Shown piece after piece: positions 50,444 to 60,080 of a stretch of DNA of 64,000 nt (position 1 is the first letter of the stretch; each line of letters opens with the position of its first letter). The translations under genes were made by a program, and so were the position numbers. The notes below the pieces were generated by a model. The model made no database searches and was not told the origin of the DNA. It worked only from the letters and a program-made list of their open reading frames with translations. Origin of the DNA: Pelagomonas calceolata (lineage: Eukaryota); the NCBI GenBank assembly GCA_918797485.1, contig CAKKNE010000006.1:1488001-1552000 (forward strand), read 5' to 3'.

Positions 50444-50517
50444 ACCACCACAGAGGCAGCCCCGGGGCGACAGACCTCCCACCACCACAGAGGCAGCCCC
50501 GGGGCGACAGACCTCCC
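50444..50517. repeat. Perfect 37-bp tandem duplication
   Basis: accaccacagaggcagccccggggcgacagacctccc x2. Confidence 0.9.
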
Positions 50518-50585
50518 ACCGGACACCAAGGCAAGCCAGGAGCCAACAACAATCTCGACGCCGCCGCGGCGCCCCCACCCCAACG

Positions 50586-52748
50586 ATGTCGAGGCCCGCC
50601 TCGCGCCAGGCCTCCGAGGCCTCCGTGCCCTCGCGGCCCGGCTCGCGCGACATGTTACGGGAGGCGTCGCTGTCCCGACCGTCGACGAGCCACTCGGCGT
50701 ATTCTATTGGGGCGGCGACGCGGGGCGCGCTGTCTCCGATTGTGAGCGAGGGCGCCCTGAGTCCTGATAGAGTCGACGTGAACGACCGCGGCGGGGTCTT
50801 CAAGCTCACCCGGCCCGCGCTGCCTCCGTCACTGCCTCAGATCCCGAAGCCAAAACGAAAGAAGAGCGCGCGCAGCTCCCGAAGTTCGGGCAGCTCGCGG
50901 AGTTCCCGGAGGAGTAGTCGAGGGCCGGCGCCGGCGCCGCGCATTTTGGAGCGGCAGGCGGCGTTCGCCGACGGCGAGTGGGAGAACGAGCTCGCGCGAT
51001 CGATCTTAATCCTCTACGGGAGCGCGATGGGCTGCGGCAAGGAGATCGCGGGCCAGGAGAACGACTTCGCCGTCGACAATGACGCCGTGAAAGCTCTGGG
51101 CTCGAAGGTCACCCAGGACGAGATCGATAGTGGTAAGGCTCGCGAAGCTGCATCTAGGGAACGCAGAGAAAAGAAGAAAAAAAGACCTAAGAGGTTGAGG
51201 AAGCCGCCCTGGGAGTCACCTCCCGATTCTGTCGTCGAGTTCGAGAAGTCGCAGGCGTCCAAGGCTGCTAGTTCGAAACCCTCCATATCGGCGGACCCGA
51301 ACGCCAAGCCTCTACGGCCCGTCTGGTATTTGGGCACGGGCCCCGTCCAGAGCGAGTGGGACTGCCTGCCCGAGGGCGACGACATGCGCTTGGATCTGCA
51401 AGCCTTAGATGAAGCGGGCAAGTACGTCGAATACTTATCTTGTGTGGAGGCGTCGCTCAATGCCTACGTAAGGCGGCGCTGCGACGGCGAGGGCGAGCAG
51501 GGGCGCTTGTTCGGGCGGCTGTGGCGGCAGCTCTGCGTCACGGCTTGTGTGTTTGTCTCGCGGGCCGTCGACCAGAGGCGACCGGCTCTGGCCATGAAGT
51601 TGCTGGACCGCGCGAAGCAGTACTCCGTCTCGAGTGCCGCACACGTCCAAGTCAAGGCGGACGCGCGGGAATTGCAAGCGTTCGTCGAGGACGCGTATGC
51701 GTATTACTACTATTGTCGGGGCAAGTACCACGCGGCCTTACACTGCGTCGTCAAGGCGATGAAGATCCACGTGAAACAAGAAGAACACGCGCACGTCGCC
51801 AAGTGCCACGTGCACAGCGCCTGCATTCTGTCGAGACTTAGGAGGCGGCCGGAGGCCGTGCGGTGCCTGGGGCAAGTTTTGTTCTTAGTGGAGTCGGAGA
51901 AGCTGGACATGTGCGGCGACCAGCCCCACCTGATTTGTTTGGTCGCCATCGCGCACCACAACATGGCCGTGGTACACTGTGTGGAAATCAACCAGTGCGT
52001 CGGGTGCACCCGACAATTCTTCACTAAGTCATTTCTCAGCGATGGCGCGGCCGTCCTGGCTCGGTCGAGCGGTGAGGAACCGGCCTCGCCACGCCATCGA
52101 GCAGGCGTCGCGTCGATGGCGTGGAGGACGAGGCGACGATTCAACACGAACGCTCCGTAAAATTTTGATTTCCACACAGGTGGAACAGCAGGGCCTGGGG
52201 CACTTCGAGGAGGCCGTCGTCTCGGCCCAGAACGCGCGTCGATTGGCGCGGCTCTGCCTGTCCTACTCGAATCGGTGGTTGGAGGCCTTCGAGAACACGC
52301 ACCGGACATGTGCGGAGAGCCTGACGCTGTGTGGAAATCATCCGTAGCTGCGTCTGCTCGATGGCGTGGAGTTTCCAGGCCGTCGACGCGACGTTGTCCC
52401 CGTGACCGCGTCGGCTCGATGGCGTGGATTGTCACGAAGGTCCACGCACTATGATAACCTAACTCACTGGTTGATTTCCACACAGGTCTGACGCAAAAGG
52501 GCGACGTCAATGAAATGGCGAAACAGGGCAGCGACGTGCTAGCCGCGCTCAACGTATCGCGCGGCAGCGACCGGACATCCCTGAACGGGTCCCGGGCATC
52601 GAGTAGGGCGCTGCGGCGCGCGAGCCGCGCGAGCCGCAGCGGCGTGTCGCGCCTGACGCCCGAGCCGGCCGCGCCTGCGTCGCGCCTCGCTCGAACGGGG
52701 GTGTCGCAGGAGTCGAGCCTCGCTACGGGGTCTGTCGTCACGGGGTAA
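50586..52748 (+). CDS. TPR-like helical repeat protein, three exons (50586-51968, 52180-52318, 52486-52748)
   Basis: AYYYYCRGKYHAALHCVVKAM, ACILSRLRRRPEAVRCL, AIAHHNMA|VEQQGLGHFEEA...ES|LTQKG; frame restored by removing two introners. Confidence 0.75.
51969..52179 (+). mobile_element. Introner element intron (211 nt, GT-AG)
   Basis: TSD GTGGTACA/GTGGAACA; perfect 15-bp TIR CTGTGTGGAAATCAA...TTGATTTCCACACAG. Confidence 0.9.
52319..52485 (+). mobile_element. Introner element intron (167 nt, GC-AG)
   Basis: TSD GCCTGACG/GTCTGACG; TIR CTGTGTGGAAATCA...TGATTTCCACACAG. Confidence 0.9.
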
Positions 52749-53418
52749 GGAAATGTGCATCATACCTCTCGTATACTCAAAGCAAGTGTGATTGAGGAGC
52801 GAATTATTTTCGTGGAATTCCCGGCCAGACCAGGCGGACGCTGCGCGCTATCGGCCACAGCGTCGAGAACATGTGATCATCGATATAGTCACAGCTCGGC
52901 AGGATGCACGCGGTGCGCGAGATGCCCTAGACGTCCAGCGACGCGAAGCCGGAGGCCTGCGACAGCTTCTCGTAGCTGAGGGGCCAGGGCAGACCCGGGA
53001 ACTTATCGCATCGTCGCAGCTGAGCAGGCCTGCACTCGCCAGCGCCCCGCCGGCGGCGCCGGAAGATCTCGCCGCCATCCAAGCCGCCACGCAAGGGGCG
53101 CGCAATCTAGCAAATGCGCCCGATGCGCCGCCCGAAATACTGGCGCTGATCGCGGCGATGGCGGCCGGCGCGCCCGCGCCCGCGCGGGCCCCTGGGTCGC
53201 CGCCGCCGCGCACGCGCGCGCGGCCCGCCTCGACGCCGACCCCTGGTCGCCAGCGGCGGCGAACGGGGTCACGGTCGCCCAGTCCCGGTGGTTAGTCCCG
53301 GTGGTTCGGTCGAGATAACGCCTCTCTAAGAGTTCTCCTAGGAATATGGACTATGTTACAATTGAGCAGAGGCATGCGTGGGCCGCCCCATCCCCGACGT
53401 CTCTCAAAGGCCACGACC

Positions 53419-54636
53419 TTACACAGCCGCCCCAAAAAGCTCGTCGCTCGTCGCCACGCAGCTCCGCACGTCCGCGCGCGACCCGCGCGGCAGCGCCGAC
53501 GCCGCCGTGTAGAGGCACTCCGCGTCGGGATTCACCAGGACGACGGGCGTCTCCCGTTGTACGACGGCCGCCACGTCCCTCAAATATTCGCACGACGCCG
53601 ACTGCTCGAACGAGATCCCGAGAAATAAAACGAGGTCCGCTCCCCCACAATCGTCCTTCAGACGTTGTAGAGCCTGCGGCCCATCTAATATTCGAGCGTG
53701 CTCGCGGTCGCCGTAGAGCAGCACGCGGAACCGTGTTCGCAGCGGCGGCTCATGATCGAGCGGTCTTTTTTTGGAACCGTTCACTCGCAACGCGTCGCGC
53801 GGCGCGTCCTTGCCGTCGACGGCGTCCCTCCCTCCCCTTATTCGTCTTAACATCTCATCATCTAAAGCGTAGACGTTCCCATTCTCACAATCGACGACCT
53901 CTCGCAACGCGCCGTGCAGCTCGACGGTCGTGCCGTCCGACCCGTCCCATAAAGACGCCCCGGCCTGGGCATGCAAACCGTCGATGTTCAACGTGATATG
54001 CCTCATCAACACCCCGCTTCGCTCGAGATCCACGAGCGCGCGGTGCGTCGGCGTCGGTGTGGCTTTCTGCACCGCGACGGCCAATTCGGCCAGAAACTTC
54101 TGGGCGTCGCGCGGCCGTTCGGAATAGAAGCGCCATCCAAAAAGATCGATGCCTTTTTCCAGTTTATACCTTTTCCGCGCCTTCTCGTAGAGGCCGTCCT
54201 TGCCGCCCACGTACGTCGAGAGGCCGGCGGCGGCCGAGATGCCGCTGCCGCTGACGACGACGACTTTTTTGGCGTTCTTTATCAAATCGGCGGCGGCCGC
54301 GAGCGGCATCGCGTCGTCGAGGCCGCTATCCGTGATGTTCGAGCGGCTGCGGCAGGCCCTCGGCGGACGGCGCGGCGGGGGCGGCGACGGCTTCGGCGGT
54401 GGCGGCGGTGGCGGCGCGGCGACGGGCGGCCGTGCGGTTACGGGCGGAGATACGGTGACGGACGGCGGCTCGGCGACGGGCGCCGGCGGCTCCGGCTTCG
54501 GCGCCGCCTCGGCCGCCTCGGCGACGAGGCGCTCGGCCGTGGCGCGCATCGGCGCGTCGAGGCCGGGCGTCGGCGGGGCCACGGGCGCGGGCTCAGCCGC
54601 GTCTTGCACTAGTTTGGGGGTGTTTTGCTCGGCCAT
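53419..54636 (-). CDS. Sir2-family (sirtuin) NAD-dependent deacylase
   Basis: VVVVSGSGISAAAGL, PTPTHRAL, HITLNIDGLH, VELHG, VLLYGD, LFLGIS. Confidence 0.85.
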   Translation of the reverse strand: MAEQNTPKLVQDAAEPAPVAPPTPGLDAPMRATAERLVAEAAEAAPKPEPPAPVAEPPSVTVSPPVTARPPVAAPPPPPPPKPSPPPPRRPPRACRSRSNITDSGLDDAMPLAAAADLIKNAKKVVVVSGSGISAAAGLSTYVGGKDGLYEKARKRYKLEKGIDLFGWRFYSERPRDAQKFLAELAVAVQKATPTPTHRALVDLERSGVLMRHITLNIDGLHAQAGASLWDGSDGTTVELHGALREVVDCENGNVYALDDEMLRRIRGGRDAVDGKDAPRDALRVNGSKKRPLDHEPPLRTRFRVLLYGDREHARILDGPQALQRLKDDCGGADLVLFLGISFEQSASCEYLRDVAAVVQRETPVVLVNPDAECLYTAASALPRGSRADVRSCVATSDELFGAAV

Positions 54637-54826
54637 TTTGCAGCCGTACGCCTATGCGCAGCAAGGTGCCCTTGCCTGTTTCGGCTCGTGCAGTGCGGTG
54701 CGGCGCCCGTTGACACTTCGCAGCTGTGACAGCGCAAGAGGACGGTAAGGGAATATCGCAGGCTGCTGGTAGCTGACCTCACAAGTGTGGGCTTATCAGT
54801 GCACTGCAAAACTCCCATTTTCCAGC

Positions 54827-54847
54827 CTAGCGGCAGTAAGACACTAG
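54827..54847 (+). promoter_or_regulatory. CTAG-N13-CTAG upstream motif copy (identical to 9511-9531)
   Basis: ctagcggcagtaagacactag between divergent starts 54636 and 55026. Confidence 0.65.
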
Positions 54848-55025
54848 CGCTCGAGCAGCCACGAAGCGCCGAGCTAAACTCGCACCAGGGCAAATCGTCA
54901 CGATCAAGTCCTAAATTCCACCGCCGGCGCGAGCCGATCACGTCTCCTGAGTCGGCGAGCGTTTTATCGAAAAATCTGACCTTCAAAGCTGAGCTCTGCA
55001 CGCGACGACGACGCGCGACACCAGT

Positions 55026-56276
55026 ATGGATCGCCCGACGATGCCCCCGGCCCACCGCGACCTCCCGGACGACGTCACGCCGCCGGGCCACGAGCCCGTC
55101 AAATACGTCGTCGGCCCCGGCGACCTCACGCGCGGCGAGCTGCGGCGATTACTAGCGGACGCCGGCGCCAAGGCCGCGGAGCTGTCGAATTTGAGTAGAG
55201 ATGATTTAGTGTCCGTCGCCAAGGCGCGCAAATTAGAAGGTCTGGAAGTGTCGGGGACGGGCGCCGTCGAAGCCAGAGCCAGGGACTTCCTCGCCGTGTT
55301 CTCGCGCTTAGATAGGACGGTAGCGCTCCCGCCGGGCGCTGAATTAGGATTGGTGCTCGAGCGCGTCGGCGACTGGGCCGTCGTGGCCGAGACGCCCCAA
55401 ACGACGGCTGTTAGAGTAGGTGATGTTTTGAGCGAGGTCGACGGCGTGCCTTGTTTGTTAGAAGCCTATGATGACACGTTTAAGCTCTGTGCGGCCGCGC
55501 GACGGTCTCGAGTCCCGTACACGCTCACGTTCCGGCGCGCCCCGTTCCACAAGGGCTGGCTGCGGAAGAAGTCTCGCGGCCGGTCTGCATCTAGATTCAG
55601 CGGCCTGACGGGCTGGAAGCGGCGCTTTTTTGTATTAAGGAGCGGCAAGCTCACATATTACGAGGCCGAGCCGCCGTCGGCCTCGCCCGGACGGAACGCC
55701 TCGAAACCGAAAGGTTCCTTCTCATTGGCGCGCCAGTGCACGGTGCGCATCCGCGAGACGGACGGCGTGCTCGAACTGGCCTTAACTGCGGCGAACGATA
55801 GGTTAATTGTGCGCGGCGCCGACGCGGGCGACGTGCGGAACTGGGCGGCGCTCTGCACCGTGGCGACGGCCCACGCGACGGGCGGGACGGCCCTGTTGCG
55901 GGACTACGAGCGCGAGCGGCTGGGCGTCGAGCGCAGGGAAGCGGAGCGGCGCGAGCGGCGGCGCCGCGCGAATTTGGAAAGGAGGGAGATGTTCAAGCGC
56001 CAGGCGTCGGAGCGGGCGTCCCTGGTCGCGGCGCAAGCTCGAAGGGACGCGCTGCACTCGTCGACGTCGTCCGAACTGCTCCCGGAGTACAAGTCGGACT
56101 CGCGAGCGATCCCGCCGCCGCCGCTGGACACGCCGCCGTCGCGCGGCTCCTCCTATAGACTCCCCGAGTGCTCGCCGGCGTACGCGGAGCCGCCGCCGCG
56201 TCCGACCCGCGCGACGTCCGCCGAGGAGCTGCGGGAGCGGTTCCGGAACGTGGGCCTCTCGGACCTCTCACCGTAA
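55026..56276 (+). CDS. PDZ-like plus PH-domain protein
   Basis: LGLVLE...VRVGDVLSEVDG; HKGWLRKKS...WKRRFFVLRSGKLTYYE...PKGSFSL...VRNWAA. Confidence 0.75.
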   Translation: MDRPTMPPAHRDLPDDVTPPGHEPVKYVVGPGDLTRGELRRLLADAGAKAAELSNLSRDDLVSVAKARKLEGLEVSGTGAVEARARDFLAVFSRLDRTVALPPGAELGLVLERVGDWAVVAETPQTTAVRVGDVLSEVDGVPCLLEAYDDTFKLCAAARRSRVPYTLTFRRAPFHKGWLRKKSRGRSASRFSGLTGWKRRFFVLRSGKLTYYEAEPPSASPGRNASKPKGSFSLARQCTVRIRETDGVLELALTAANDRLIVRGADAGDVRNWAALCTVATAHATGGTALLRDYERERLGVERREAERRERRRRANLERREMFKRQASERASLVAAQARRDALHSSTSSELLPEYKSDSRAIPPPPLDTPPSRGSSYRLPECSPAYAEPPPRPTRATSAEELRERFRNVGLSDLSP

Positions 56277-56317
56277 GATCACTACAAACACCGATCTATC
56301 ACCGTAAAATTACAAAA

Positions 56318-56662
56318 CTAGGGCGCGGGCGCGTAGTCCCGGTTGCACGGGCAGCACCGCTTCGCCCACGACCCCGACCAGGCGCAGCACTTCGCGAGCC
56401 AGCTCCGGTCGCACTTCTCGCAGCCGCAGCAGTCGACGACGTACGGCCAGTCGTCGCCCTCCCACCAGCAGCCCTCTCCTCGAATAACGTCCGCGCGGAA
56501 GGCTTCATCAATGTTGCGCTCGTCGTATTTGGAGACGGAATTCGGCGCGCGGTCCCGGCCGGTCGTGAATCCATTGTTGTCCGGGTAGGGCCGCCGGGGC
56601 AGCGGCACGGACCAGTCCGCGTTGACGGAGGCGAGCGTCGCGAGGAGCGCGAGGCCTCGCAT
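56318..56662 (-). CDS. Small secreted Cys/Trp-rich peptide precursor
   Basis: Signal MRGLALLATLASVNA; 10 Cys in the last ~50 aa. Confidence 0.6.
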   Translation of the reverse strand: MRGLALLATLASVNADWSVPLPRRPYPDNNGFTTGRDRAPNSVSKYDERNIDEAFRADVIRGEGCWWEGDDWPYVVDCCGCEKCDRSWLAKCCAWSGSWAKRCCPCNRDYAPAP

Positions 56663-56872
56663 GATCTAGCGTTGTCGCGGCTTGCCTCGCGTCGACAGCG
56701 TCGCCGCGGCGCTCACAAAAAGATAAAGCTGGGAGCACTCAGAGCTCTCTACCGCACAGATCGTTGTCTAACTAAAGCGAGCTGTCGTGCTACCAAGTGA
56801 TAGTCAACTGCACGCTTTCAGAGCCTTCATTAATCCGTAGATGGCTGCTACGCTTGCTTGCCGGGGCTGCTG

Positions 56873-56893
56873 CTAGTGCCTTACTACGCTAAG
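56873..56893 (-). promoter_or_regulatory. Diverged upstream motif copy
   Basis: ctagtgccttactacgctaag between divergent starts 56662 and 56972. Confidence 0.45.
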
Positions 56894-56971
56894 CAGGGCT
56901 GGGTCAACGCATCAGAGCAACGGCGCGGGGGGCAGCCTACGAATTGGTCGAGGCAGCCACCAGAAACAAAC

Positions 56972-58630
56972 ATGACCGAGCCGCACGAAGACGACGACCG
57001 CGAACGGACGGCGGCGCTGCTCGCGTCGGTCCGCGCGTCGATTCAGGCCGAGCGCGCCGCTCGCGAGGAGGCGACGGCGGAGCCGCCGGCGGGCCTCGCG
57101 GAGCTGCTGCGGCCGCCGGGCACGCCGCGGCGGCGAAGGGCCCAGCTGCAGCGCGAGTGGGAGGCGCGCGGCGCGGCGCGGCAGGCGGCGTCGACGCGCA
57201 CGGCCCGCGCCGCGGCCGAGGCGCAGCAGGCCTGGGGCGCCTCCTCCTTCGCCGACGTGCTGGCGGACCGCGGCTACCGCGCGCCGCGGCCGACGCGCGC
57301 CGTGTCGCCCGTCGCGTCGCCGCCGCGCGTCCGCCGGCCCGCGCCGGCCGACGCGTTCGCCGGCGAGTCCCTCGAGGCGACGCTGGCGTCGGGCCGCGGC
57401 CGGAGCCGGCGGCGGCCCGGCAGCAACGAAACGAGGCCGCAGCCGGCGCCGTCGCCCGTGCGCCACAGCCACGAGCTGTCTGAGGGCCTCGCGCACCGCC
57501 CCGCGGCGTCGTACGACTGGGGCGGCGGGCTCGCGGACGTCCTGCGGCCAGTTGGTCCGGCGCCCCGGCGGCTCGCACCGACGGAGCCACTTCCACCACG
57601 GCGCCGCGCGCCGGCGTCGCCGGTGGAATCGAGCGATGCCGCGTGGGGCGGCGGTCTGGCGGACGTCTTGCGGCCCGGCGGGTCGGCGCCACGGCGCACG
57701 ACGGCGACTGAGCCACTGCCACGGCGCCGCGCGCCGGCGTCGCCGGTGGAAGTCGTTGACACCTGGGGCGGCGGTCTGGCGGACGTGCTCCCCGCGCGGG
57801 GCCGCGCCACGACACGGCGGCGCCCACCGCCGCAGCGGCAGTCGCCGCCGCCGCCGCCCTGCCGCCGGTCGCCCTCGCCGCCGCCGCCGCAACCGGAACC
57901 ACCCTCACCATCGGGCAACGCCGACGCCATGCTCGCCGCGCAGCTCGGCATGGAGGAGGCCGCCCGCGCGGAGCCGCGCCCGGCGCCGCGCCGCGCGACG
58001 GAGCGCGCGCGCGCCGAGGCCGCGTTCGCCGGCGGCCTCGCGGACGCGCTCCCGCCGCGGCAGGAGCGGCGCCGCGCGGGGCCCGACCCCGCCTACGCGC
58101 CCGTGCGCCGGCCGCGCAACGTCGTCGCGGCGGGATCGCTCGGCGACGCCTTCCCGGCGCGCGCGGCGCCGGCGCCGCAGCCGCGCTACCCGCCGCCGCC
58201 GCGGCCGAGCGAGCGCGCCGTCGCGCAATCCGCGCGGCCCCGCCCCGAGCCCCGGTCTGTGCTCGCGGGGCTCGCGCTCCTGGGCGGCGCGCTCCCGGCC
58301 AACTTCTCCCAGGCCGACGCGCTGCCCGACAGCGCCCTCACGTACGACGCGCTCCTGGCGTTGGATCGGCCGCCGGAGCCGTCGCAGGCCCAGCGCCGCG
58401 CCAAGAAGGCCGCGGCCGCGCGGGCGGTCGAAACGACGGTCCATCGGAAGGGCGCCGAGCCGTGCGAGTGCTGCATCTGCCTCGACGAGTTTCATGATAG
58501 GGAGCGCCTCTCCAAACTTCGGTGCGGCCACGTGTTCCACAGCGCCTGCATCAAGAAGTGGCTCGTCCACGACCTGCGCTGCCCGACGTGCCGGACCGAC
58601 GCGCTGGGGGACGATGCGCCCGGAGGCTAA
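56972..58630 (+). CDS. RING-H2 E3 ubiquitin ligase with repeated WGGGLADVL motifs
   Basis: LTYDALLALD; CCICLDEF...LRCGHVFHSACIKKWL...CPTCR. Confidence 0.85.
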   Translation: MTEPHEDDDRERTAALLASVRASIQAERAAREEATAEPPAGLAELLRPPGTPRRRRAQLQREWEARGAARQAASTRTARAAAEAQQAWGASSFADVLADRGYRAPRPTRAVSPVASPPRVRRPAPADAFAGESLEATLASGRGRSRRRPGSNETRPQPAPSPVRHSHELSEGLAHRPAASYDWGGGLADVLRPVGPAPRRLAPTEPLPPRRRAPASPVESSDAAWGGGLADVLRPGGSAPRRTTATEPLPRRRAPASPVEVVDTWGGGLADVLPARGRATTRRRPPPQRQSPPPPPCRRSPSPPPPQPEPPSPSGNADAMLAAQLGMEEAARAEPRPAPRRATERARAEAAFAGGLADALPPRQERRRAGPDPAYAPVRRPRNVVAAGSLGDAFPARAAPAPQPRYPPPPRPSERAVAQSARPRPEPRSVLAGLALLGGALPANFSQADALPDSALTYDALLALDRPPEPSQAQRRAKKAAAARAVETTVHRKGAEPCECCICLDEFHDRERLSKLRCGHVFHSACIKKWLVHDLRCPTCRTDALGDDAPGG

Positions 58631-58646
58631 CCATGCTTTGTTTTAC

Positions 58647-59711
58647 TTACTGGCTCGGCGGCCGTCGAGGGCGCGCGGACCAGGATACTGGGCCCTGCTG
58701 GCCAGGCGACGGCACGATTTCTCTGGCATACGCGGCCACTCGACTTGGGTCGAGGGCCGCGGAGGCGCCGACGACGCCGCAGCACGCCGCGCCGTACGCG
58801 CAGCCCATCTTTAGTCCGATCGAAAGGTTGACCACTCCGGGCGGGTCTCTCGCGAAGGCCGTGAGGAAACCGGCGGCGAACGCGTCACCAGCGCCCGTGG
58901 CGTCGAGAAGAGCGCCCGGCGCTAGTGTTGGCGCGTTCGACTTGACCTGCTCGTTTTCGAGCCCCCAGACAATTGCTCCCCGCGCGCCATGCGTGGTGAC
59001 GACGCAGCGCGTGTTGCCGGCATCCAAAAGATCCAGAGGAGCCTGCGAAAGTCCCGTCCCGGCGAGATTCTCCACCTCGGCTTCCGAACAAATCAGCACG
59101 CCCGGCGCGGTGCCGGCGGCGACCGAGAGCTCGCAGATGCCGTCCCAGCGCTCGTCGGCGTCCCATTGCGGGTTCAAGGACGACGAGCCGCCGGCCTCGC
59201 GCACGGCCCGGAACAATTCTCCGACGCGCGCGCGCACGGCCGGCATGTTGTAGTACCCCGCGACGTGGACGTGGCCACCGCGCGCGCCGACCTCGCGCGC
59301 GCGCTCGATGTCCGCGTCGGATAATCCAGCGACGGCCACCGCGCCCCGATGCGTGGCGAAGGCTCTGTCCGACTGGCCAGATAAGACAATACAAACGCCC
59401 GTCGCCGCGCCCGCCGGCGCCGCGAGCGGCACAACCGCCACACCCGCGTGCGCCGCCGCGGACCGCAGCTTCGCACCCGCGTCGTCGTCGCCGAGGGCGC
59501 AGCGCAGCTCGACGCGCCGGCCCGCGCGCGCGAGGTGGCACGCCGTGTTCAGGCCGCCGCCGCCCGCGAGGAATTCGATCGGCCGCGGCACGAGCTCGTC
59601 CGCGTCCCAGCGCGGCAGCTGCGCGAGGCCGCCGCACTGCACGTCCAGGAACGCGTCTCCGATGACGAGGAACTCGGGCACGGGCAGCGTGATGGCCGTC
59701 TGGGCGGCCAT
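58647..59711 (-). CDS. PfkB/ribokinase-family carbohydrate kinase
   Basis: AGGGGLNTACHLARAG, LGDDDAG, VVTTHGARGA, LDATGAGDAFAAGF. Confidence 0.9.
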   Translation of the reverse strand: MAAQTAITLPVPEFLVIGDAFLDVQCGGLAQLPRWDADELVPRPIEFLAGGGGLNTACHLARAGRRVELRCALGDDDAGAKLRSAAAHAGVAVVPLAAPAGAATGVCIVLSGQSDRAFATHRGAVAVAGLSDADIERAREVGARGGHVHVAGYYNMPAVRARVGELFRAVREAGGSSSLNPQWDADERWDGICELSVAAGTAPGVLICSEAEVENLAGTGLSQAPLDLLDAGNTRCVVTTHGARGAIVWGLENEQVKSNAPTLAPGALLDATGAGDAFAAGFLTAFARDPPGVVNLSIGLKMGCAYGAACCGVVGASAALDPSRVAAYAREIVPSPGQQGPVSWSARPRRPPSQ

Positions 59712-60080
59712 GCTCTCCGGGCCGCGGGAGAGCACGACCTGTAGAGCTGCTTTCTGAGGATGCAGCGGTCTCGGCTGTGCGAGACAGTAAAGGAGAAGTT
59801 GTAAACACGAGCAGTGCGGTCCACAGTGGCTCCCACGGGACCTGGCACGGGTGTTTGAGCTTGGCTTGTGACGGGTTTTTCTGTCTTGGAGCAAAGCTCC
59901 GTTCTGCCGAGGCGTGGCGCGCGGAGGACTCGGCCACCGCTCCCGACGACGCCTCTATTTTTCCGGGCCTCTCAGCGCCCTCAACGCAGAGGAGCTGCTC
60001 CGCAAGCAGCCAAGCCGACGCGACCGGCAGCCAGTCACTCGGGCAGCCTCAACGCCGCCGCCGCGTGACCACAGACAACC

